Origin: a virus
Virus record (IMG/VR): IMGVR_UViG_3300036985_001509
Span: 27,447-91,446 of that record
Length of the DNA: 64,000 bases
Strand: one strand, 5' to 3'
Shown: positions 10,296-19,215 of the stretch, in pieces
Layout: each line of letters opens with the position of its first letter
Numbering within the stretch: position 1 is the stretch's first letter
Notes under the pieces: model-generated
What the model was told of the DNA's origin: nothing
The model's database searches: none
What the model saw: the letters and a program-made list of their open reading frames with translations, nothing else
Made by a program: the position numbers and the translations under genes

Positions 10296-11024
10296 TTATC
10301 TCAAGTTTGGAGCGTTTGGTGCTTGACCATCAACTCCATCACTTGTGATGTCTGTCTTCAACCTGAAGTAGGTAGTTAATAACTTCTGAGAAGTTAATTC
10401 AAGAACTTGCTTTTCTAGATAACCAGGAACAGGAGACTCTTTATCAAGAGGATTCTTGCAGAGTTCTTCTGTTGTATATTCTGGTGTGCCACAGCCACAC
10501 TCTGGATACATAATGGAATTAGGAACATCCTCCTCGAACAAAGCAACAAGTCTGATGGCTTTCAGGAGGGGGTTGTTCACATAGAGATACCCATTAGAAA
10601 TCCAGTAGTATTCTTCCTTCTTAATGATAGGAAGCTTAAGCAAGTTAATGTATCTGTTGATGGTTATTTCTTTTAGTTTCTTTCCCTGTCCACTCATGGC
10701 ATTAATAGAGTAGACACCCTGTATAACATACTGGTAGTTACCCTCTGTAACGCGTGGAAGTTTGAACCTGGTTCTAGCCACGGAACAAGGATCTACGTAG
10801 TCACAACATTCAGAAATAGGAACTTCCACCATCTCCAGACAGGGAACGGTGGTGAATACTGTGTCAGTAGCCCAAAGCTTCCTCAGATTAGTCTCACGTT
10901 TAATCAGGAGGAAGGCATTGTTCTTAATCTCAGACATGACAGCTCTGTCCGTGATCAAGCTATCTGTAGACAGAAGCTTGTGCATGGAGCGCACGTCTGA
11001 AACTAATTTCCTAAAAGTAGCCAT
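10296..11024 (-). CDS. Tail ring protein
   Basis: 242 aa; size and synteny with crAss-like ring proteins. Confidence 0.55.
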   Translation of the reverse strand: MATFRKLVSDVRSMHKLLSTDSLITDRAVMSEIKNNAFLLIKRETNLRKLWATDTVFTTVPCLEMVEVPISECCDYVDPCSVARTRFKLPRVTEGNYQYVIQGVYSINAMSGQGKKLKEITINRYINLLKLPIIKKEEYYWISNGYLYVNNPLLKAIRLVALFEEDVPNSIMYPECGCGTPEYTTEELCKNPLDKESPVPGYLEKQVLELTSQKLLTTYFRLKTDITSDGVDGQAPNAPNLR

Positions 11025-12274
11025 TATAAATACTGTTTGAATATATTCGTCATCCCGTCTCTAACATCTATAAGGAACCCTGTCACCTCGCTCTTACTCA
11101 CTGTGTATCCATTCTTGTCATCCCAAGAGCTCTTGGCTGATGAAAAGGCGGGAAGCTGATAGAACTTAATACCATTGAAATCTAAACTTAATTCATGGTG
11201 TTTGTCTCCTGTGAAAATGTAGAAGTTATCATGGCGTGACCACTCTTCTTTATACTCCATGGGAAACAGATTAGCAAGCTTGGCAGGTTTGATAGCATCT
11301 CCGTGGTTAAACATCATAGCTGACTTTCCGTAGCTCAGATACTTTCTGTACTTAGGGGAGATGTCAAATATCACACGATGCTGATTTCTGTAGTAGGTTT
11401 GTAACCAACTGGCCAAGTGCCATCCTACATATTCATCGTGATTACCTGCTACAAACACAACCTCTACTGTCTCACTGTGGTGGAGAAGTAGGTTGATAAC
11501 ACTTATCTCATGATCACAAATGGCTTCAAAAGCTTCATGATAGGATAGGATGTTCTGTTGCGGGGTTCCTTTTGTAGTTGAATTGGTGAACTCGCTATTA
11601 AACTCGTCCGAACCAATTATGTATTTTGTCTCTGAGAGATTGTTTGAGAGACCTGCCTGGATTAAGATGATTTCCACCTTTTGGATGAAATCACCGAATC
11701 TCTCATCAATATCATTGTTCCCATTAATGTCCAGCTTATTTAGGTGGGAGTCCTGTTTGTTGATAATCAAGCACCCTTCTCTTTTACCAGGCTCGTAGGT
11801 AGGAGCCATTATATCAGGAGAAGAAGGCTGGTAGTTCCCAAGGAAGGATATAAAGTTGTCCTGGAATAGCTGATCTTCTTTTTTCTTACCCAACCAGGCT
11901 TTTACCTGGTAGTGAGGTGTTTCAGCATTACCCCAGTAGTTTTGGACGTATTTAGTTATCTCCCACTTGTCCGTATCAATCTTGCACTTTTCAATTAACT
12001 CATCTAAACTCTTGATTTCTTCCTTACTATTGAAGACCACCTCACCAGTTCCTTTCTGCACATCCTCAAAGAATCTTACAATTTGATCCTCTAGTTCTCC
12101 AATATAGTTCCCAATCTCCGCATCATTCTCCGCAGTTTCTGCGTTTCTCAACTCTCTAATCAACGCATCCACCTCATCCTCTGTAGTGTTTAGTTTGTCT
12201 GCATAGAACTTTTTGCTCTTTTTCCAGTGGAGCATTTGCTCTAGCTGGTGCAGAAGAGATTGATTTTCAGGCAT
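11024..12274 (-). CDS. Calcineurin-like metallophosphoesterase with possible N-terminal HTH
   Basis: Motifs QDSH, GSDEFN, AGNHD, NHGD, GDKHH; N-terminal KKFYADKLNTTEDEVDALIRELR is HTH-like. Confidence 0.8.
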   Translation of the reverse strand: MPENQSLLHQLEQMLHWKKSKKFYADKLNTTEDEVDALIRELRNAETAENDAEIGNYIGELEDQIVRFFEDVQKGTGEVVFNSKEEIKSLDELIEKCKIDTDKWEITKYVQNYWGNAETPHYQVKAWLGKKKEDQLFQDNFISFLGNYQPSSPDIMAPTYEPGKREGCLIINKQDSHLNKLDINGNNDIDERFGDFIQKVEIILIQAGLSNNLSETKYIIGSDEFNSEFTNSTTKGTPQQNILSYHEAFEAICDHEISVINLLLHHSETVEVVFVAGNHDEYVGWHLASWLQTYYRNQHRVIFDISPKYRKYLSYGKSAMMFNHGDAIKPAKLANLFPMEYKEEWSRHDNFYIFTGDKHHELSLDFNGIKFYQLPAFSSAKSSWDDKNGYTVSKSEVTGFLIDVRDGMTNIFKQYL

Positions 12275-12302
12275 TTATAATTTTGTTTAATTAAAATTGC
12301 CC

Positions 12303-12334
12303 TAAAGGTACGATACTTTTTGATATTTTCCAAA
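12303..12334 (-). promoter_or_regulatory. Bacteroidota sigma-type promoter of the phosphoesterase gene
   Basis: Minus strand TTTG-N20-TACCTTTA, close to the TTTG...TAnnTTTG consensus. Confidence 0.6.
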
Positions 12335-12382
12335 TTATTTTAACCACTCAGGTTAGCGTGAATAACCAAGTTGGTTATAAAT

Positions 12383-12413
12383 AAAAAACTCCCCAGGGTA
12401 GAAACCCCAGGGA
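12383..12413 (-). terminator. Rho-independent terminator after the Thr-rich fibre gene
   Basis: Minus strand CTCCCTGGGGT-TTCT-ACCCTGGGGGAG followed by a T run. Confidence 0.7.
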
Positions 12414-12453
12414 GAACGCCCTGAAAACCAACAAACAGGGAGTTTTTGATTAG

Positions 12454-14043
12454 TTACGGAGTCTCATCAACCGTTACCGTAATGCTATGATTGCTGTCTA
12501 GGAAGTAGTTCTTAACAGAATTCACAGATGTTGATATCGCAGAAGGTACAGTGATTGTCTCACCAGAGCTGCCATCATTAGCAGTTCCTACAATTGTTAT
12601 CGTGTATGCCTGTGCTAATACCAATTCACGTATTGTTACATTACAGTATCCAGCAATATTTGATTGAGTGATAGGACCAGCCTGACCACCGTTTATGATC
12701 ACCTCAATAGGTGTGCCTGTTCCAGGCGAGTATAAACAGTTAGCCAAGTCTGCTGTGTAATCATTTGTTGTAGGATCTCCAGCTCCTCTTTGAATTATCA
12801 TGTCACCATCTCCCAGTGTAGGAGAAGTTACCACTGTAAAGCAAGTGTTAGCACTTAAGGTAGGAAGAGGCACAAATACTGTTTCACCAGGTATACAAGT
12901 GACAGGATCAAGAGGATTAGAAGAATAAGGGAAGTAGTCAATGAAGTATGCATATTCTGTAGTTCCTCCTCCAATAGAATATGGAGTACCACCCACAGTA
13001 ACAGAATAGCTATTCAGAGTGACACCCAACGGAGTTGTCAAACCTGCATCAGAGAAGAACGCAATCCATACAGATTTAGATTGAGAAGGTTCTGCTACAG
13101 GACCTCCATCACAAGTAACATTTGTTGTGGTATCTACCTCTCCTTGAGACCAGAACAATGCTGCATAGGCATCTTCAGGGAAGCCACTGGTAATACAGAA
13201 AGCAACAGTGGTCGTGGTTGTAGTTGTAGGAGGAATGCCAGTAGTAGTTGTGGTAGTTGTTGTAGGAGGCTCAATAGTGGTTGTAGTAGTGGTAGTGGGT
13301 GATTCAATAGTTGTAGTGGTAGTTGTTGTAGGAGGTATTAATGTGGTTGTAGTTGTGGTAGTAGGTGGTACTAAAGTAGTTGTAGTAGTAGTGGTTGGAG
13401 GCTCAATAGTGGTTGTAGTTGTGGTGGTTGGGGGAATAAGAGTAGTTGTAGTAGTTGTAGTTGTGGGCGGTACAGCTGTTGTAGTTGTAGTTGTTGTAGG
13501 TGGTGTAGTGGTAGTTGTTGTTGTAGTTGTGGGACACGCGCCAAGAGTTGAAAGCGTTACACCAGGGATGGGTGGTACAACAACAGATCCTGTACAAGCA
13601 CACACATAAATAGTGCTAGGTCCTGCGACACATGTTTGAATGTATATTCCTCCACAAGCGTAGTAAACAATGTCAACACTTGAAACAGTGGAATTGGTTA
13701 CAGAATAGAATGTACAAGAAGGACATGCTATTGTAGTGGTGGTAGTAGTAGTTGGAACTACAGTTGTGGTGGTGCTGGTTGTTGTTGGGCAACAGTTGTT
13801 CAGAGAAGCTTGAAGAATACTGATTTGTTGCTTCAACAAACATATTTGAGCATCAACCTTTTGAAACGCTACAGTTACTGTGTCACAGGTCTTGATTTGT
13901 GTACAAGGTAGATTGGGACCACTATAAGAAACGTTATTTGTTGGTATAGGAGATGCATTACAAGGATCGCATCCACCATATCCACCACAGGGAGATGGAG
14001 GTGGGGTTGGTGTGCAGCACGGGTTTGGTGGTAGGAATATCAT
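12454..14043 (-). CDS. Mucin-like Thr-rich tail fibre/spike protein
   Basis: 529 aa: Cys/Pro-rich N-terminus, short coiled coil, about ten PP-T(7-8)-xx repeats, C-terminal beta-rich domain. The N-terminal module resembles that of the adjacent fibre gene. Confidence 0.6.
   Translation of the reverse strand: MIFLPPNPCCTPTPPPSPCGGYGGCDPCNASPIPTNNVSYSGPNLPCTQIKTCDTVTVAFQKVDAQICLLKQQISILQASLNNCCPTTTSTTTTVVPTTTTTTTIACPSCTFYSVTNSTVSSVDIVYYACGGIYIQTCVAGPSTIYVCACTGSVVVPPIPGVTLSTLGACPTTTTTTTTTPPTTTTTTTAVPPTTTTTTTTLIPPTTTTTTTIEPPTTTTTTTLVPPTTTTTTTLIPPTTTTTTTIESPTTTTTTTIEPPTTTTTTTTGIPPTTTTTTTVAFCITSGFPEDAYAALFWSQGEVDTTTNVTCDGGPVAEPSQSKSVWIAFFSDAGLTTPLGVTLNSYSVTVGGTPYSIGGGTTEYAYFIDYFPYSSNPLDPVTCIPGETVFVPLPTLSANTCFTVVTSPTLGDGDMIIQRGAGDPTTNDYTADLANCLYSPGTGTPIEVIINGGQAGPITQSNIAGYCNVTIRELVLAQAYTITIVGTANDGSSGETITVPSAISTSVNSVKNYFLDSNHSITVTVDETP
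13203..13533 (-). repeat. Tandem 33-36 nt repeats encoding PPTTTTTTT(T)xx
   Basis: About ten units visible in both DNA and translation. Confidence 0.95.
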
Positions 14044-14064
14044 TTTATATAACGAGTTTAACTA

Positions 14065-15180
14065 TTAAGGAATGTACATGATGTAATAGCATCCCAGACC
14101 AGGCTGGAAGTTAGGGTGGCTTAGTCCACCTCCTGCAGAAGCAACTGTAACAGTGGTTGCTACAGTGATGCCTGTTAGTGCTGTATCTACAACATCAACT
14201 CTTACCTTTCCATTTTCCCAGTCAAATGCATCAGAGCCACTAGTGCTAATGCCAGTTCCTCTTCCATCATTACCAGCGTATGTGTCTGGAATAAGACTAT
14301 GTTGGTGACCAGGGTCTGTTGGGGTACTTACAGCAGTGGCAGGGTGCGTGTGGGAAGGAATCTGATTAGTAGTGAGGACTACAGAGTTAGTTCCTTGTGC
14401 TCCGAATAATGCATAAGCAGGGTTACCAAGAGCTGGATCAACAACAGGACTTAAAGCACCCCCACCCATACCAGATGTAACACCAACTGGTACACGTCCT
14501 CTTTTATCAGGAGTACCGTTGTTACCATTACAGAGGTAGATTTTATCCCAAAGACCAAGTCCAGCACCTGTAGCGTCAAAGTTACCTGTTAAGCTACCAT
14601 AGTATTCAACAACAGTGAAAGGCACCATTCTAGTATTGTAGTTGGTACCACCTCCACTGATTGATGCTAAATATGCAGCAATCAGTGTGTTTAGGTTTGC
14701 AAGCTGTACATAGTTGGTACTTACGTTCAAAGCAAGTGCGTCCAACTCAACCTCCAGACCGCAAATCTTAGTAATGGCTGCCTGAAGGATGGCATGTGTT
14801 CCAGAAGTGCTGGTTACACCAGTGAGACATCCAATTGTATAAGGTCCTTCTAGTGCAGCAAAGTCAGCCTCTAATTCTGTCAGACGTTCGTCTAATTCAC
14901 AGATGGCTTTAATTAGAGCACTAATTACATTAGGAAGTGTAAGGTCTTCACAAGCGATTAAGTTTTTCTTTACAATATCGCAAATGATGGCAGGATTAAT
15001 ATCCAACGTAATACCTTCACCATTCAGTGTAGATGTAAGAAATCCAATCAATGCTTGCTCTACATATGAGAGCGAATCACCAGTCTTGATTCCCAAAATG
15101 GGAACATCAATCCCTGTATATCTTACACACTGATCAGATACTATCTCCGTACATCCATTATAGCAGTTAGAACAAGACAT
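14065..15180 (-). CDS. Tail fibre protein with tail-collar-like domain
   Basis: LCNGNNGTPDKRGRVPVG and VLTTNQIPSHTH/HQH are typical of phage tail collar/fibre tip domains; coiled-coil middle section. Confidence 0.7.
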   Translation of the reverse strand: MSCSNCYNGCTEIVSDQCVRYTGIDVPILGIKTGDSLSYVEQALIGFLTSTLNGEGITLDINPAIICDIVKKNLIACEDLTLPNVISALIKAICELDERLTELEADFAALEGPYTIGCLTGVTSTSGTHAILQAAITKICGLEVELDALALNVSTNYVQLANLNTLIAAYLASISGGGTNYNTRMVPFTVVEYYGSLTGNFDATGAGLGLWDKIYLCNGNNGTPDKRGRVPVGVTSGMGGGALSPVVDPALGNPAYALFGAQGTNSVVLTTNQIPSHTHPATAVSTPTDPGHQHSLIPDTYAGNDGRGTGISTSGSDAFDWENGKVRVDVVDTALTGITVATTVTVASAGGGLSHPNFQPGLGCYYIMYIP

Positions 15181-15447
15181 TTATCTAAATTTTAGAATTT
15201 TAACTCTGCTGGCAATCATGTTTACACTGAATGCAGCGTTATAATCGGGATTGCAATACTTATAAACAAGAATCCTCCTGTAGTTCAGAAGGTCCAACAT
15301 TGTTCCACCAGGAACAGGTTGGTTCAAAATAAATACAACATTGTTGTATAAATTGTTAGCCAGGTCAGCTAGTCTGCAATCTATCTCAGCAATAAGTGCT
15401 GGGATACTAGCGCACTCTGGACAATTTGTAAGCCTGGGTGATAACAT
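15181..15447 (-). CDS. Small tail hub-like protein
   Basis: 88 aa with CxxC; synteny with crAss-like hub genes. Confidence 0.45.
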   Translation of the reverse strand: MLSPRLTNCPECASIPALIAEIDCRLADLANNLYNNVVFILNQPVPGGTMLDLLNYRRILVYKYCNPDYNAAFSVNMIASRVKILKFR

Positions 15448-15559
15448 TTGTTATAATTTTTCGTCCTTGCTTAGTGGCTGCATTACACAACGCACAAAGA
15501 CCATTAATCAATTGACATCCACACCCAACGTTAGCTCCGCAGTTTCTACATTTTGCCAT
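15407..15559 (-). CDS. Small Cys-rich protein (50 aa, not in ORF track)
   Basis: MAKCRNCGANVGCGCQLINGLCALCNAATKQGRKIITNVITQAYKLSRVR; ATG lies 1 nt after the upstream stop. Confidence 0.6.
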   Translation of the reverse strand: MAKCRNCGANVGCGCQLINGLCALCNAATKQGRKIITNVITQAYKLSRVR

Positions 15560-15560
15560 A

Positions 15561-16124
15561 TTAATAGAAATTTATTACGTAGTTGTTCCCAGAGCAACCG
15601 CAGTTATTTCTGAGGAAGTTATCAAGCATCATGTCTGCCTGGTTATATAACCTCATCGCATCCTGTGTAGCGCAGTTGTTAGCTGCTGCTATAGATCCTT
15701 GGATGAAGAAATATATGGAAGTGAGGTTCACCTTTGCTTGTGTTTTAATAGCTCTATCACATTCCATCATATCAAGCTTCATGAATGCGCCATCAAACTT
15801 TTCTTGTAATCTCTCAACACGCATAATTGACTTTTCTACAAAGTTTACATATGCAGGTGCCACTGAGTATTTTAGAAAATACACACCATCAGGAAGTGGT
15901 TGTTCCACTCCTGGTGCAGTGATACCCAAGTTTGAAGAGTTGAAAACATTAAAATCGTTAACGCTGAAAGGTCTAAACACAATACCAAAACCAGGAACAT
16001 TAATCTCAATAGTAGCTCCAGAAACAACAGGGGGGTTTGTAGGATAGACAGATGCATCAGCAACTCCCAACGTAAGTGTGTTGTACGTAGGAATCACTAG
16101 TATGTCTAGTTTCAAGTCTGCCAT
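15561..16124 (-). CDS. Tail hub-like structural protein
   Basis: 187 aa; LPDGVYFLKYSV motif, C-terminal CGC; synteny. Confidence 0.5.
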   Translation of the reverse strand: MADLKLDILVIPTYNTLTLGVADASVYPTNPPVVSGATIEINVPGFGIVFRPFSVNDFNVFNSSNLGITAPGVEQPLPDGVYFLKYSVAPAYVNFVEKSIMRVERLQEKFDGAFMKLDMMECDRAIKTQAKVNLTSIYFFIQGSIAAANNCATQDAMRLYNQADMMLDNFLRNNCGCSGNNYVINFY

Positions 16125-16139
16125 GTTGTTTTAAATAAA

Positions 16140-16182
16140 TAAGCCAGAGGATCTGAGTTTGTATCCTCTCACCTCTGGCTTA
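16140..16182 (-). terminator. Intergenic hairpin after the auxiliary capsid gene
   Basis: Minus strand TAAGCCAGAGG...CCTCTGGCTTA stem followed by TTTATTT. Confidence 0.5.
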
Positions 16183-16217
16183 GGTTAATATAATATTTCT
16201 ATGTATCTACCCTACTA

Positions 16218-17405
16218 TTACGGAATCAAAGTTGATGTAGTAGTAGTAGAAGGCCATACAGTGGTGGTGGTAGATGTAGTGGTGATACAAGAGTTATCAG
16301 CAGTTACAGTACCCAAACCAGCCTCAAGAACAGCCTCAATGAGTCCACCAATCGGATTAGCAGAACCATTCGCTTGTGTTTGAGGAACAGCGATGATTAC
16401 AGTGCTATCTTCATAGATGTAGTCACCCCACTGATACTCAGACTTGTTGTACTCGTTGAACTTGATGTAGTAGGTATCATAGGTAGTACCATCAGATACC
16501 CAGCTTTCAAAGTTCTCATTGTAGCCACCCATTCTGTAGAGGTGCTTCAAATATCCAGCTTGGTAGCTGTAGAAGTTCTTCTCCAGTTGAGCGATTTCAG
16601 CAGATGTACCAACGGCATAAGAAGAACGCTGTTGGATAACTGGATCAGCTACAATGTTACAATTGTCTGCTACGATGAAGTCAGCTGTGGTAGCGGGACC
16701 GCTATACACGAATGTACGGAACCACATTCTGTCATACTCGAAAGGGAATGCAGCAACATCACAAGGCTGACCATATTTGGTAAGAGGCTTACCAGTGATA
16801 CGCAAGAGTGCGTCTTGGTTGTTACCAATTCTCTGGAACTGATAGAAGTCAGAGAAAGTGATGTTGTCAGGGTTGTTACCAGGAGCCTGATACAAGAAGT
16901 GAAGGATGATGTCATCGATCAAAGCAGGCACATCAACAGTAGTACAAGGATCTCCACCACAATCGCAACAAGGTGCGTTCACAGTGATAGAACGAGTGAA
17001 ACCGTTGAAATACAGGGTATCCAAGTAGCTAGAGTGGGCACGGAGAGTGATGGTAACAATGTCACCACACTGTACGTTCCAGTTTCCTACGTCTGTAATC
17101 TGAGTTACAGGAGTAGGGCAACCTTGCACCTTGTACCACTCAGTTACGTTGCTGTTGCAACCAGATCCTGAAGGACAACCTTTAATCTTATCAGAACGCT
17201 TGGAGCCTTGCAGATAAGTGTTAGTACGGCCCTGCGCAACATAAAAATAGGGAGCAGCGGCAATATTGCCAGCTGTGGCAAGGGTGTAATCATTTCTGAA
17301 GATACCCACTTGGCCAGCGCTCAAGTTTTGCGTAGATCCAGAACTAGGGAGCGCAGTTTGCCCTACTGGTACTACGAAGAGCGTAGTTAATGAAAAATCA
17401 GCCAT
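16218..17405 (-). CDS. Auxiliary capsid/structural protein with Thr-rich C-terminal tail
   Basis: 395 aa, codon usage similar to MCP, position of the crAss-like auxiliary capsid protein; ends CITTTSTTTTVWPSTTTTSTLIP. Confidence 0.6.
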   Translation of the reverse strand: MADFSLTTLFVVPVGQTALPSSGSTQNLSAGQVGIFRNDYTLATAGNIAAAPYFYVAQGRTNTYLQGSKRSDKIKGCPSGSGCNSNVTEWYKVQGCPTPVTQITDVGNWNVQCGDIVTITLRAHSSYLDTLYFNGFTRSITVNAPCCDCGGDPCTTVDVPALIDDIILHFLYQAPGNNPDNITFSDFYQFQRIGNNQDALLRITGKPLTKYGQPCDVAAFPFEYDRMWFRTFVYSGPATTADFIVADNCNIVADPVIQQRSSYAVGTSAEIAQLEKNFYSYQAGYLKHLYRMGGYNENFESWVSDGTTYDTYYIKFNEYNKSEYQWGDYIYEDSTVIIAVPQTQANGSANPIGGLIEAVLEAGLGTVTADNSCITTTSTTTTVWPSTTTTSTLIP

Positions 17406-17434
17406 TTTTCTTTATTTTAGGTGATTAAAAAAAT

Positions 17435-18166
17435 TTATTCGTTTGTTTGAATTCTGTATATCGAGTTCTGTACAGCAGGTTGATTCTCAGTGTACATTGC
17501 AAGATTCTGTACTGTTAAGTCTAATAGCTCATCCTCCAGATATAGTTCAAGTTCGCAGTCTTGATCAAATGATGGTTCTCCATCTAGCATGATGTATCCT
17601 GTCTTATTTATATACAAAGGATAACGCATGTAGGATATGTAAATCTTGCTCGGAGTGAAGGTACCATCAGTGAAGATGGATATTTCATCTGTCGAAAGGA
17701 AGTTGAAAGTCTCCTGATATTCAAAGGAAGGCCTGTAGTGATCGTTATTCAGGATGAACTGTAGGTCACCGTGTTTAGCCAAGTCTCTGTTAATCCAGAT
17801 CTTTCTATCCTTACACACCCCCTTGTCAGCCAGTATATAACTATCAATGTAGAACATATACTTGGGAACAAGCAGGTGCAGATTAGCAAACCATTGATTT
17901 AGTTCAACGTTCTTGAGAGTGAGGTCAAGAGGTTGACTGTTATAGGTAACCACTAAGCTTTGGAGGTCCTCGTAACGCTTCTTAAAAGCATCAAGTCCCA
18001 TCCCGCTCACTACACTAAAACCATCAACCTTTTGTTTTATCAGCTTAATCTGGGCTTCATTCAAAGCCAAGATCTTATCTTCTAAGTTTATCTGCTGGTG
18101 TATGTTGGTCGATAGTTTATTTAGTTTTTGGTCAATCTTATATAATAAACTATCTACTGGTATCAT
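17435..18166 (-). CDS. Tail ring protein
   Basis: 243 aa; LNEAQIKLIK and YMRYP motifs; synteny downstream of MCP. Confidence 0.55.
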   Translation of the reverse strand: MIPVDSLLYKIDQKLNKLSTNIHQQINLEDKILALNEAQIKLIKQKVDGFSVVSGMGLDAFKKRYEDLQSLVVTYNSQPLDLTLKNVELNQWFANLHLLVPKYMFYIDSYILADKGVCKDRKIWINRDLAKHGDLQFILNNDHYRPSFEYQETFNFLSTDEISIFTDGTFTPSKIYISYMRYPLYINKTGYIMLDGEPSFDQDCELELYLEDELLDLTVQNLAMYTENQPAVQNSIYRIQTNE

Positions 18167-19131
18167 ACTGCAGCTAATTTCTTAGTTTTCAGCTTACCTT
18201 CAAGAGTCAGAAGCAAGTCCTGATTATCGTCGTCAGCAAGCAGTTTAATTAAATCATCTTCGTCCTTAGCTACTTCAAATTCACCCTCATAAACCTTACC
18301 GTTAGGTCTGAGTCGGTATATGGAATGAGTGATTGCTTGTTTCACTAAGTCCTTGATATGGAGTAAGTTATCCCTCATATCTGCGAAGCGTGTGAACACT
18401 TCAACAGGATTTAACCCTTGATACTTACCGTTCTTAAACTCGGTTTGTTTGAGGACATTGTCTACAAGGTTGTAAACTGCTTCCTCTTTAGTATCATCAG
18501 TTACAGGTAATCCCAACAAGCGAGCCACTTTTCTTTTTCTCTCAGGGGTCATACTGTCAAACTTGACAATAGCCTTGTTGATGAGTTGCTTCTTCTTGAA
18601 CATCACTGCGTTCTCAATATCCTCGTCAGCCACATAAAACTGTGTATCTGCAGGAAACTCACCACGCTCCCAAGCTTGATAAGAGCTTGCAATTGTGGGG
18701 TGAACACGCAACCAAGAGAAAGCTAATTCCTGAAGAGGAATAGAAAGATCGAAGAAGTTATCTCCATCCAACAACTTCACAGGTTGAACATGCAACGAGT
18801 CACTTGAGGATGTAGACAATCCATAGTTCCAGAAATTGGAACGAGGACCTAAGTCAACATCTCCTAACGCAGCCTGAAGTTTGTCTCTCAAAGCTGTCAC
18901 ACGCTCAGTCTCCATTTCTCTCTCAAGAGGATCAGAGATTCTGCGAATGTAGGCAGCTTCAGGATCAACTCCTGTGCGGTACTTACCATCAAGCTCTCTG
19001 TAAGGATACTTGAACACCCCTGTTCCAGGGATACGTGTCAGCCCTCTAAGAGAAAGACCACCTTGCATTGTTTGCAACTGAGAGTTGTTATACTCTTTCT
19101 TAATAGTTGAGATTTTACCTAACTTACCCAT
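18163..19131 (-). CDS. Conserved crAss-like protein downstream of MCP
   Basis: 322 aa ORF; position only. Confidence 0.5.
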   Translation of the reverse strand: MGKLGKISTIKKEYNNSQLQTMQGGLSLRGLTRIPGTGVFKYPYRELDGKYRTGVDPEAAYIRRISDPLEREMETERVTALRDKLQAALGDVDLGPRSNFWNYGLSTSSSDSLHVQPVKLLDGDNFFDLSIPLQELAFSWLRVHPTIASSYQAWERGEFPADTQFYVADEDIENAVMFKKKQLINKAIVKFDSMTPERKRKVARLLGLPVTDDTKEEAVYNLVDNVLKQTEFKNGKYQGLNPVEVFTRFADMRDNLLHIKDLVKQAITHSIYRLRPNGKVYEGEFEVAKDEDDLIKLLADDDNQDLLLTLEGKLKTKKLAAV

Positions 19132-19158
19132 ATGTAGTTTATTTATTTGGTTTATTAG

Positions 19159-19215
19159 CAGAGATGTGAGGATCGAACCTCTGGCAAACGAGAGACACCT
19201 CGTTCCCCATCTCTG
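19159..19215 (-). ncRNA. tRNA-like three-way structure in the MCP downstream intergenic region
   Basis: CAGAGATG/CATCTCTG closing stem, AACGAG/CTCGTT hairpin and GAGG-TTCGAT-CCTC T-arm-like hairpin. Confidence 0.35.

Noticed and set aside
13203-13533. CRISPR array or DGR repeat
   Set aside because: Degenerate in-frame coding repeats without unique spacers; no cas or reverse transcriptase gene in the window.
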